64,000 nucleotides of DNA, from positions 47,058,001 to 47,122,000 of the forward strand of contig OZ286469.1 of the NCBI GenBank assembly GCA_965644265.1, given 5' to 3'. Below the pieces are notes generated by a model that ran no database searches, had not been told where the DNA came from, and saw only the letters and a list, made by a program, of their open reading frames with translations. The first letter of the stretch is position 1. Every line of letters starts with the position of its first letter. This DNA is from Glycera tridactyla (taxonomy: Eukaryota). The position numbers and the translations under genes were made by a program. This document shows positions 1 through 12,900 of the stretch, piece after piece.

Positions 1-846
1 GAACATTGAAAGTGATATTTGTCGACTCATCAGCAACATATGTGCTATATTGAGGCGATCTTGCATTAGGCATGGGGTGGGTCAATCTAAAATACCCTCT
101 CATGGATCCCTGGAGGCAAAGTTAGGGGGAAGATAATATGGATATGGACATGAAGATGAACATGACCAGAAGAGGCTGAATAAATATTTGATCAACAAGT
201 GTGGTACCCATGACCCCACAACAAGCAAGCAATCGAAGTGCATATATATATTATTTCAGATTTGCTAGAGCAGCTCATGGACTGTGTAGTATATCAAAGG
301 GTAGGGTGATTGGGAATGATACCAGATATTGATCAAAGTGCATTTACTTTGGAACCTGGACACACATTTTTGCTGACCCAATGCCTTACATTTGAAAGCC
401 CAGACAGGGTACCAACGGCGATGTATGGTACATGATATAATGACATAATATGTCATGTCTCCACCCCACTTCTGGATATCATGGGAGAGATTTCTGCCCG
501 TCATCAGTTAAAGTACTAACTCATTTGTCATATCATTGACATGCTTACTACGAGCGAGAAACCAAACTTGCTTGTTTGGATAGAGCAATAGTGAATTGAT
601 ATGTTGTAGGTTTCATCGAGAAACTATCTCAGTCAACCCCAACTGGACAATTTGGATGATAGAGGCGGGCATCTGAAGAGATCCAGAGAACCCTAAATGT
701 TCAATGTTGAACATTTTATGAAGCATTATTTCGATTCCTAGCTGACCATACAATCTGTACCTCAATATTGGTAACTTTATTATCTGACACATGCTCAGGC
801 AAATAATTCTAGTGTTGTAGCTATGAACTCGAGCCAGTCCACTTAC

Positions 847-915
847 ATGCTGGTCAGTTTCGTGAGACGCTGCAGTTCAGGTGGCAGAACAGTGATGCTG
901 TTTCCGTCCAGGTAC
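847..915 (-). CDS. slit: Slit exon, D4 LRR1 ([22 protein letters not shown])
   Basis: 69 nt (23-aa LRR); acceptor gtttttccag, donor gtaagt; the next exon is not found in 1..846. Confidence 0.95.
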
Positions 916-3900
916 CTGGAAAAACAATGAGAACGTTGCTTAGCAAGTTGATGATAAGTACATGCAGGTAGGCGTGCTGATAATGATTTGCAAATCCAGC
1001 TCTTTGGAATTCCGAATCGACTTTACATCCTGTCTGAGAAGTGTGTCACAGTGCAAATCATTGGGCGTCCGTCTGTTTATCAGATTATTCCAAGCATTCA
1101 CTTAGTAAAGAATATTTGAATTAGACCTGAAGCCATTTTTTATATTGGGCAGTTTTATATCAGTTTTTACATCAAGGCGCACTCAATCTCCGACCATATC
1201 CAATCATCAAAAACAGGTAGCTTCAAAGCAAAACACAACTCAGGCTGCCTGGAAGCCGCCTGGTTGGTCTTACTCAGCCACAGAACTACACGAGACCCGG
1301 AATATACCCTTATCATAAGAAGGGATAGCATAATTACTGAAGTATATAGGACAATACATGATGATGTCAGTACGCGATCTCTTCCAGCCCACATGTTCAG
1401 CCTTCCTCATTATTACAAGAAGGAATAACAGAATTTCTGAGCTATATAGGACAATACATGATGATGTCAGTACGCAATCTCTTCCAGCCCACATGTTCAG
1501 TCTACGAAATACTAGAGAAAATAAATATATACGGATATCTGGATGTTCAAGTCATCATCATACGCCACTTACATTGACCCTATATTATCCGCACCCCATA
1601 GATAATGAGGTAAAATTAGAATATGATGAAGACAATATCGGGAGGTGTGGTCGACGAGAATTGATATTCATTTCACAAAAACAGGTACTTACAGCTCAGT
1701 AGTATCAAGAGGAATATCAGTGGGGAAACTTTCAAGACCAGCACTGCTACACCGGATGGTGGTTCCATCACATTTACAATCGGCAGGACAATGAGCAGCT
1801 GAGTCACAGCTACTCTCACCATCTGCACAAAGAAAAGATAAATCCTTTAAGTTTGTCGAGGATATGCACATGCTTTACAAGACCAGCAACATTACATCCT
1901 TTTTCAGAGATACTAATAACAACTTCCTACATCCATCATATACAGACCTTGATTTGAAGTCCAAAAATGACATCTTGAGTGTCAGTGAATTCAATGAATT
2001 TTCGCTTCCCGTTGTGAGGCCAGAAGGAGAAGTCTTGAATGATCCCATTGTATGGGCGTCTCAATATAGCGCAGGTGGTACTCACGATATGTAAAACTAC
2101 CCAAACAACCCTAACGGGATAAGCCCCTAGTGTCCAGAGTATAAACTATGTGGTATGATATCTTGGGGACAATCGATAGACATCGGTTGGTAATGACTCT
2201 ATCTCACAGACATCTCAACATTTATTCACGTATATGAATCCAAGATACAATAACGAGGCAGTTTTCAAAAAGTTTCCAGAATCAGTAACGTTTCTCTCGT
2301 TATATCAAGACGGAATATTACATTTTACGAATAATATAACGGTGAAACACAGATCATCCAATACAAATGGTGATCACATTCATGCATTTTGTTTCAGTCT
2401 TAATTGTTTGTAATTTGCTATTTGGCAGAGTTCAGACTATAGTCTTTACTGACAATTGTCGACACTCACATTTTACATGGATGCAAGCAGATGGCTAATT
2501 GCAAAATTAGGCATGCAATATTCTATTTGACTATTATAAATCCCAGTGCTCTGAGAAAATTATCCCCGCTACCTTAGCGCTTTTATGACCATTTACATAA
2601 TATACTACACGAAATCACTAGTTTCATTATTCCTATAATGGTCCTTTTCAGATTACATCTCTCATAATTACAGTGACCTATTAATGTAATACTGCTCTTG
2701 ACTACAAGAGAGCTCTGCATGGAGCAATTGGTCCGACCTTTCCCTTAGAAAATTGACGAATGGATATACAATGTGACAAAATGGAAATAAATGAAGAAAA
2801 TGATTACCGGATCAGTACAGAAACAAGAGATCGTCAAAACAAGGTCGGACATTGAAATGATAGAATGTGTATTACTCTCAACCATAGCGAGGTACATGTT
2901 GAATCCAGACAGTTAGAGGGCGATAGGATAAAGTTGCTTACATCCACATACTTGAGCGCTATTCCGTGGCTTAATTTGTGGTGTATATTTGAAATGAGAT
3001 GATGTATTGGTCTCAAGTGACAATGACAAACATAGATGTTTTTGTAGAAAGGGCAAACATAAAGATCATAGTGCCATATGAGTTGAACAATGTTTTTGCC
3101 CAGTCACATTGAGATATCGGCCTAGATACACCAATATAATCCTCATGAAATACTTATCGAAGAACTCATAGCACTATTCCTGACCCAATTCATCGAATTT
3201 TCTTATCGCATCAAATATAATATGTTTAATTTTTCCCGGTGCACACTACTTCAAGAAGAGGTCAGCTCAACCAAATGATTTCTANNNNNNNNNNNNNNNN
3301 NNNNNNNNNNNNNNNNNNNNNNNNNNNNNNNNNNNNNNNNNNNNNNNNNNNNNNNNNNNNNNNNNNNNNNNNNNNNNNNNNNNNNNNNNNNNNNNNNNNN
3401 NNNNNNNNNNNNNNNNNNNNNNNNNNNNNNNNNNNNNNNNNNNNNNNNNNNNNNNNNNNNNNNNNNNNNNNNNNNNNNNNNNNNNNNNNNNNNNNTTCTC
3501 ATGTAAACTTTATGTCAGTCCAAGACTTCTGATTAAGGCACCCACAGTCAGCACCCCTGACCATTATTCCACATAATCATCAAACTATAGAGGGAATTTC
3601 TGGGAGGAGCTATTGAGCTAGCACTGCGATACATCACCCCTTTCCAGTAGTCATGATATCATGGTACATGCCGTATGTACACATTTTCTATGTAAAATCC
3701 ATGGCAGTGTCATGATGCATGCACTACAGGTCCATGCAATGTGTCAAATACCCGAAATGTGTTTGTGTATACCCAAACCGATTTCTCGGTTACCACATGT
3801 CCACATAACCCCCCCCCCCGCCCACACACACACAGACCCACACGGGGATTGCCAATTACTCTACATATTAGAGCACATGAAATTCGATCTCATTTTGATA

Positions 3901-6900
3901 GTTTTCATGGAGAATGATTTACAGAACCTGCTGCGACCTTTGAAAGTCAATTATTTCTGCATGACACACACATACACACAAAAACATGCTCACAAATAGT
4001 AACACAGAACACAGAAAGGATACAAATCAGTATATATCTCACGGTAGAGTATGGTGAGTACAGTCGAAGCTTTGGAGTGCATTACACGGAATTAGAGGGA
4101 GTAAAATTTAGAGGGAGTGATTACTTATCTATTTGAGAGAGAATCAGTGAATAGAAATGAGAGTATCACCTGCAGATCAAACAAGAAAATGTTCCTCAGC
4201 AATGTGATGAAGAAGGTTGGTATGACTGTTCCCATTCCAGATGAATGTTCCATATCAACAGAATTTTAAATCAATGAGGGCATGCATTTGAGCATCAGTC
4301 ACTTCCCTCATTTTCACAAAGAATGATCATTTGTTCGACATGAAATATCATATAACGACTGTCAAAAACATTTAGATTCTCTATGTAGGTCAGCACCAAA
4401 GCTGCTCTTCAATGTAAAAAAAAATCTGTGTTTCATATCGTAGCATCTACACGAAAGGGTAGCGTTGAATATGTTGACAATCCTCTCATTTAGGTAAAAC
4501 AATGAGAATTTCAAAGTTTGAAGAAACAGTATACAGGATTTCTACAAGGCATGCAGTGAGAATTAAATTATGCTCTAGCAATAAGGCAAGGTATCTGCTA
4601 TTTCTGAATCTTGGCGAACAGAAACCATAAAGCTTATGTATATACAAGTTCTGTAGATATAATGAACGAACATTTGACGAATCAAGACTCATCCAATGGT
4701 ACGTATGCAATTCCATCATTCATCTTCAATACGAAGATACTTCAATCCCTTAGGAAGGTTTCCATAAGGTAGGTATGGTTTCGGATACATCAAGCTTCAG
4801 ATAGCAGTTAGAGCAGGTGATATCTAGTAGAAAGAAGGGACATTAGTATGGACGTACTTTCGCCATTTTCTGTGCATCTGTTGGCTGGAGTTTCCTCAGG
4901 ACGCGGTTGCATACATTGCCAATCTGTGATATAAGAGGGACGATCAAAATAAAAGAATATCAAACAATAGTACCCAAAAATCTATCGAACTTCAAAGAGA
5001 AATAGTTCAGATGATTACAAAAAGCTGCTCATGGCTAACATTGGCACTAGAATAAAGAAGAATATTGTCATGACAATTCGAAAAGATGGATCTTGGTCTT
5101 ATCACAAAACTACCCTCCTCCTTTAATTGAATGTCCTATGTGAAGGATGAAGCTTTTTAGATGGGTTGACATATTTTACTCCTCTCCCAAAACAATACAC
5201 TTATGTACAATATAATAACTCACTTATGTTTTGGAACAAGGACTTGTTCTCCTTTCTGACCTTTACCTGGTTTTCTCCCATCATTATCCCCACCGTTATA
5301 TGTATGTCTGAAGCAGCACAGATCTTGTCTCATCGAAATATACAAGTTGTATGCCTAAGAATCATTGCTGCTTATCCAACACACAGGTTCTCAAAGCTAT
5401 GTCATCAAAGCTGGTTACTACGATTCCGACAATTTTTTCAACATTCATTCTTCCCTACCATGATCCATAGCGAATGAATCTTTATAGGCAATTTCCAATC
5501 CCCCTGCCACAAGAATCTGTCATATGAGTACAGCCCTCCATGAAACCTTGAATTCCCTAACTTGTGGAAGAAACGACAAGTAGTTATTCATTTCTGAATG
5601 ACATTGTAATTGGTAACCATACTTTGAAAGGAAATTGTGGTAAACAGGGACACCAACTCAACGGATACATCAATCAGGTAAATTAGACCAAATCATGGTA
5701 GTGAATCATAAGTAATCACCTTCGAGCACACAGAAAATAACTCTTTCCATTCAGTGAATCCAGAAACTGACCCAAAGCAAGACACCTGCCACAGCATTTT
5801 GCATGAAAAGAAAGGCTGTATAGCTTTATTCGTACAATCCATACATTTCATACATTTGGAATTTCATCTGATCTATGACAAGCAATTTGATGTGACAGCA
5901 TTTTTGGAGTTGTAGCAATATGGAGCTAGTTCTAAAACATTCTCATGTGATTCGATATTTTTCACGGGAACCTCGCAGGTAATAATATTGGTTACTCAAA
6001 GAAGTGCTTTTCCTTCAATTTGTTGGAATTTTTAAAGGAAAATGGCAGCATCTGAGATCCATCCCTACACATCCTGTTTTTACCGCAGCAATTTTGGCAG
6101 GGAAATGCTGTGACTCTTATAATTTGATTCTACTTCGTGAATGAAATGCCACATCATAACTTGAATTAGGATGTGCACAATAATCCCCTCCAGCATTATT
6201 TGCATTTATGGTAGATTCCTCACAACATTAATGATAAGGAACGCAGCCTTGGCTTGTTGAAAATAGCAGGCATCTTCATGTAAATACAATGCATTGCTAT
6301 GCGAATCCAGCATATATAACATTGCAAATGGCCGTGACGTTCAAATGTAGATAAAATGGGCCTAGTTTGAATCCGCTTTGAAAACCAGTAATATTGGGAA
6401 TCCCAGATTTCGGATATGAAGGAATCTATGTATTCCGTGAAGAGGATTACGAATTCTTTTCGAGCACTCTTACTGAAAAGGACGTCTGAAATGTACGAAA
6501 CTGATGGATAAGTACTGTAGCTGTCGTTAGGAAGTGACCCAAGTAGAAAGGAGGGGTGACCAAGGAAAGCTGTCTGTGCCCGTGTATATTAATCCATTGT
6601 GATCATACATAGAACAGGTGAGCTGAGACTTACCTATCTCATCGGAACAACATTTAGGGGCTCCTGGATGGCATCCAACCTCATTGCTGGCTGTAAACAA
6701 ATGAAACAAATCGATGTTTCAAACCCAATCACTCCACTCTTCACATGGTGTTTCCTAAGTGGCTTTGGTTGTTATGGTTTTCAACAGTTTGAGCATGTTC
6801 ATGTTTCCAAAGCGAAACCTTGTAATACTAATCTGTATATTAATTATCTCCATTCTCCAGGCCAAATATATCATACATTTCTCTCTTGATAAGATGAGCT

Positions 6901-9900
6901 ACTGGCGCTCACAAAGATCCATTCTCTCGCTGTTTCAGAAGCGAGATCGAGCGTTTGTGTCGAAAAGGACTCATAAATGTTCAGCGTTCAACATTGACAC
7001 ACCGATGCAAATTCAAGATAGCTATGTGGAGACTTCAAATGAAAAATTGTACATCCAATAGATGACTTTAACATCATCATAGAGGGGATGGATCTAATAA
7101 TCAGGCCTGCAGTAGACATTTGGAGCTCAGAATTTTCTCCATCAGATCGACGAGGGATCTGGTATGAGGGTACACTGTCAGCCGATTGAGACTGGAAAAC
7201 TGCTTGAAGGAGAAAATAGTCTTGGATACAGACCTTCACATTTGAACTCTGTATTTTTCAGATGTTTGATGGGTATGTCTTGCAGCATTGTGGGACTGGA
7301 ACATCTAGGGTTTCCGGTCACAATATTCTTCTTCTTCAACCAATCAGACAACCAACCCAGATGGCAATTGCATGCGAACGAATTTGATAGCAGGTTCCTG
7401 AAAAGAGATGAGAATAGGATAACTATGCGAATGCGAGACACGAAGTGCAATACATGCATGCCATTTTTGGTGGATATATTACATTCATGTAGATGCTGCA
7501 TACCAAGCACCAAGGGCAAGTTTTGTTGCACTAAAGGATGACCTTCGGGCGATTCAATACCTTAGGCAATATTTGACCCAAAGCTGGTCATAAACTGCTG
7601 CTTCAGTATCAACGCCAGATGTTCTCTCTTTACTGTCACTCCATGAAATTATAAATGTGGTGGAAGCAATCTTTCAATGCTAGCGTATCTCGAATGATCA
7701 CAAAGAGGGTCACACCCGCATTAGAAGGCACAGGCTATTATTGATTTCAACTTCCAAACCATTGATACTTCATAAAGACCAACAGAAAACGATGGGAAAA
7801 CTGATTTTGATTCTCAAAGTTGGTATTCAACATCACACAAATATACCTCTTAAAGGAATAGAAAAAGGATATGCATGTGTTCAACGATATCATGTGCATT
7901 TTGATAGCAGAAACGAAGGCAATAATCTAAGGGTCTCTTCCAAATATAAGGTGACAAGACTGGAACCAAGCGGAATACGGATATTTAATTATGATATGGA
8001 GATACATCATCAGCAAAATCATGACTTCAGGGAGGAGGAAGAATGGCAGAGTGAAACTCACAGCGTAGTCAAAGACTTGAGGCGATCGAACGACCCCGGC
8101 TGGATGCATCGAATTCCATTTCCATACAAGGACCTGCGAAAAAGATGAAAGTACAGTTGATGGGAGAACACTCAGCCTACCCACGTCTATTTCAAACTCA
8201 CCTTTCCCACGAACAGCTGACATTCCCATGTCTCATTATGGATATTAGTTCATAATTTTAAAAAATCGCAAAGAATTCGAAGAGAGACATTTGACAAAAT
8301 ACCTTTTTTAGGATATGATGTCCCAATGACTCTGATCAGAGGTCCATCAAATGCCAGAATTTCATTTACTGGATCCAATCTTTTCCCAAGCGTACACAAA
8401 AAGAGCTGCCACATATGCTTTCGTCTTTCCACTGTAAGAAATCTTAATCTAAGGGGTTTTCCAGTGTGCAGACTGTACTATGGAATATACACAAATTCGT
8501 CTCTCATAATTGAGAAGTTGTCCCATCAAGTAAAGAATTGTTCCATAGGTTTGAGTTTGTGTAGAGCATTTGTCTCATTCACTTCTCTACTCAGAAATTT
8601 CCCTGCCTTTCCCTCGATTATGCGTCTAAACGTAGGGACGACCAGATTGATATTTTCAGTGAGCATATCCTGAGGTCTAATTGAAAATATCGGAAAAAAT
8701 CAGCGTCGATATCTGATCGGAAAAGATATGCAAAAAGGAGCGACTCTGTTGTAATTATATCAAAATACCGCCATATTACATTCATCGTTGGCAATAAAAT
8801 GACAAAATGAGGTGATATACGACACTACTATGATGTTTTCTACTTACAGCAATACGAGAGATTCCAAGTCGACGAAGGTTGTATTCTTGACGCAGGTGAT
8901 CTTGTTACTTCGCAACATCCTGCAAATTTGGAGTAGCAAAATGGTGATATCATCGCCTTCTCCACGAGAACTGACGTCACTGACGCCATCGCCGCCGCCA
9001 TTACCGACACCACCACAAGTATCCTTATACAATGGCGACAGCGACGGCGTCGTGAACACCATCATCCCAACATCATCAGCATCAACACCAGAAGGCAATA
9101 TGTGCGTTTTGTGACAGGTCCGGCAAAAGCGTGCACGCACGCACGCACAAACATTCAAGGGATCATCGATTTTTCAACGATAGCGTGTCCAACTTATAGC
9201 AGTAATATGGCAAAAAGCTGCGAAGGGTCATTTCTGACCTGAGTACATCTCTCCTCAAATATAAATATAAGTTTTTGAATCCAGTGATCAATCATCGTTC
9301 GTATCATCAAACCTGTATGAATCAAAACNNNNNNNNNNNNNNNNNNNNNNNNNNNNNNNNNNNNNNNNNNNNNNNNNNNNNNNNNNNNNNNNNNNNNNNN
9401 NNNNNNNNNNNNNNNNNNNNNNNNNNNNNNNNNNNNNNNNNNNNNNNNNNNNNNNNNNNNNNNNNNNNNNNNNNNNNNNNNNNNNNNNNNNNNNNNNNNN
9501 NNNNNNNNNTCCCACACGCACAAATACGCACACACGCACGCATGCACGCACAATGATGAACTTACAGTGTCTCAATATCCCTCAGACCATGGAACATCTC
9601 GCTGCTGATTCGTGTCAAAAGATTCTCCGTCAGACGCCTGAAACCAACAACATGTCAATCTCAACTGTCATAAAAAGAAGCGAGTGCAGCGAATAGAATA
9701 GCTCAACATCATCTTTGGAGGATTTAGTTGGGAAAATTAATGAAATGTTTCACGATTCAATATCACAATAATTCTGAAAACACCTTATGCTTAGTGTACC
9801 TGATTTGGAATACAAGTATATCAATATGACATGATTGTATCTTTCAATCAATTGAAGGTTTTTGTTGGATGGTTTGGCTTCAACTTCAATGTCACTGGAT

Positions 9901-12900
9901 TATATTAATTTGAAAATGCTGAGGATAGTAGGCACCGCTGCCGTTGACAATCGGCTACACTTTGCGAAAGATGGCAGTGGTTCGTTCGAATGCACACTTG
10001 ATGAAATTCTGGGAAAAATTGTGCTTTGAAATAACCATTTGAAGGTTGGGTGAAAGGAACGTGATATTAATGTTTGTCGGATACTTACAGATCTTTCAAG
10101 TTGTTGGCACCATCAAATGCACGTTCCTCAATCACCTCAATGCGGTTGTTACGCAGATCCCTGGAGAGAAAGCAAAAAATAAGTTCTTGATTACTCAGAA
10201 GAAATGTATGTATGCACTAGCATGATCAATGACCAATCAAACTGAAAAAAATGTGGGGAATTATTCACGAATTCGTTCTGACTCTGTTCATCCATTGCTC
10301 CCCCCCCCCTGCAACCAGATTCTGACCCATAACTCTAACTCCATACTTTATTNNNNNNNNNNNNNNNNNNNNNNNNNNNNNNNNNNNNNNNNNNNNNNNN
10401 NNNNNNNNNNNNNNNNNNNNNNNNNNNNNNNNNNNNNNNNNNNNNNNNNNNNNNNNNNNNNNNNNNNNNNNNNNNNNNNNNNNNCTATGACAAATCAGAC
10501 TGAATAAAAATTGTAGCATATGGACATATCATTAGAAAATGTCATGAATCGCACAACTTCAAGTATACTATGTCTTTAAATATGAAAAATGAACAAAGAA
10601 TTAATTGAAAATATGGGGACGTGGTGGCATGACATTTATAAACTTATACTCGCAAAAATACGATAAATTGTTTTATTCGGGAGTGTAATCCATAGTCTAA
10701 TCATGCTTCATATAAATGGAGATGATAGCTATCATGGCCAAATAAACTATCCTCCAAGCTGTTCATCACCCCTACACACAATAACATTCAATTGGACCAC
10801 ACATTCTACTTTTCAATACAAGCAATTCGTGATCAGACAAAGCTCAATCCCTTTCAGTAGTCCTAATTCCACACCGAAATGGTGACTAACCTCCTCGAGC
10901 CAGGAGGAGCAGCCCTGCAATCGGACACTCTGCAAGTTTGCTCAGCTTGTCCAAGAACAAATAAACTTGGGAATGAACTCGTTCGCGGCTCACAAATACA
11001 CAGACCTACCACGTGGTGAACTCGACTACAGTTGGTTACATCCACAACCCCCTTTCTTATTTGGGACAAAAAGTGTGGATTTAATTATCCCCATACACTG
11101 ATGATATCAAGCTGCTAATCTCCCTACGAAAATACTGTATCTCATTCAGTTCAAGCTCAAATCGCACCAAAATATCCACTGATATTTAACTCTTGTGGAG
11201 ATCAACTCTGGACTGTTCTATTCGCCTGAATGGTTGATAGGAAACGGGCATAGGAACATGGTATTGATTGAGTCAGGTCACCTGAGTATCTCGGAATAAT
11301 CCTGGTCATGATAGTGTACCTCTGCCTCGCAAGTTTTCTGTAGAGTCTGAGGTTGATATAACTAGAATGAAGATAGGCAAATGAAGGAAGGATAACAATG
11401 ACATCATCACATCATCCTTGACCGCCTGACTTGAACGCAATAGACAGGAAATCCTGTGAAGCATATCCTCTACAGAGGTATAGTGGAACCGGCACCGAGG
11501 GATAATTTCCAGCAAAAGGCATCCTGCCTACAAAGGCGTATGAGAAGTGCGCTTTGGCTGTCAGGTTTGGCTGTCAATTGAGAATATGTGGGTGGATTAC
11601 AAAAGTCGTGACTAATGGTTTTCATGCAGCAATGTGGTCCATGTACATAAACATCTACCAATGCACCTGTCCATCTTCTCAATCGTTTGGACATTGTTTT
11701 CGACCCTGTTTAATCATTAACCCACCATTACCCCCATAATTTCAACTTTTGAAGTCCAATTCAAATCTTTTTTCATTGCACAAACATATTCATTCATCCA
11801 TCTATTTGTTCATCCTCCACAATGCACATAGAATATGGCACGACTAATCTCCAGTAACAAATCCAGCCTTGCTTTATACAATTACCAATCCTATGCACCA
11901 AACCAACCATCAAAACACCCAGCTGTCTACCTATCCATCCATTCACAGATCCGTCCATCCATCAATCCATCCATGTATCCATTCATTCATCCGCTTGTCT
12001 CTCCATCCATAAATCAATTCATCCACCTATCAATCTCTTTCTCGAACCACCCATCCCATGTCCACCCATTCATCTATCCATCAATCCATCCACCCATCCA
12101 CCCTTCGCCCCTCTCCCCTTCCCTCCCCCTCACTCTCTTCCTCCCCCCCTCCGTCTATCCATCCATCCATCCTCCCCTCCATTTCCTACCCCTTCCTCCC
12201 CTCCATTCATCCTTCTCACCATACATCCATCCACTCTGCAAATACCCTTTCATTATTCAGCCTGCATACCTGCGATTGTATCGTTAGACAAAGTTCAGCC
12301 GGTACATATAAACCTCACTGCATACTTGAGACGTATGTTCCTCCGTATACCCGCTCTGTTTTACCCCCCCCCCCCCAACTGCACCACTCGGAATTCCATC
12401 ATTTGCTCTCAGTGCTTATTTTCTGCAATTGCAGAAGGGTATTCCTGTTGCAGTAATGGTTGTAGTGATAACAGTGAAAGATATAATAGTGGTGGATGCC
12501 GCAGTGGTAGTAGTCGTCGGAGTGGTGGTGGTGAAGACGTGAACATGTGTTCTATTATACAGATCAAAGACATTATTTTACATAAGACACAAAGTCGCAA
12601 TACATTTGGAAATTGAACTGAAAACAGTAATACAGTGCTAAACATTTTTGGCTCTGTCTCCCACCCTCTTGGGGTCACTAGATTGTNNNNNNNNNNNNNN
12701 NNNNNNNNNNNNNNNNNNNNNNNNNNNNNNNNNNNNNNNNNNNNNNNNNNNNNNNNNNNNNNNNNNNNNNNNNNNNNNNNNNNNNNNNNNNNNNNNNNNN
12801 NNNNNNNNNNNNNNNNNNNNNNNNNNNNNNNNNNNNNNNNNNNNNNNNNNNNNNNNNNNNNNNNNNNNNNNNNNNNCTTCTTGTTGGTGGTGATAACTAT

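Noticed and set aside
4250-4900. Possible Penelope-like RT remnant on the minus strand (VPSF..I...MYPKPYLPY)
   Set aside because: Many stops in all frames, and the similarity is too weak to support without a profile search.
7490-7545. Possible LRR exon upstream of the D3 C-cap within ORF 7178..7531
   Set aside because: In-frame stop in the required phase; the true preceding exon is 8062..8133.
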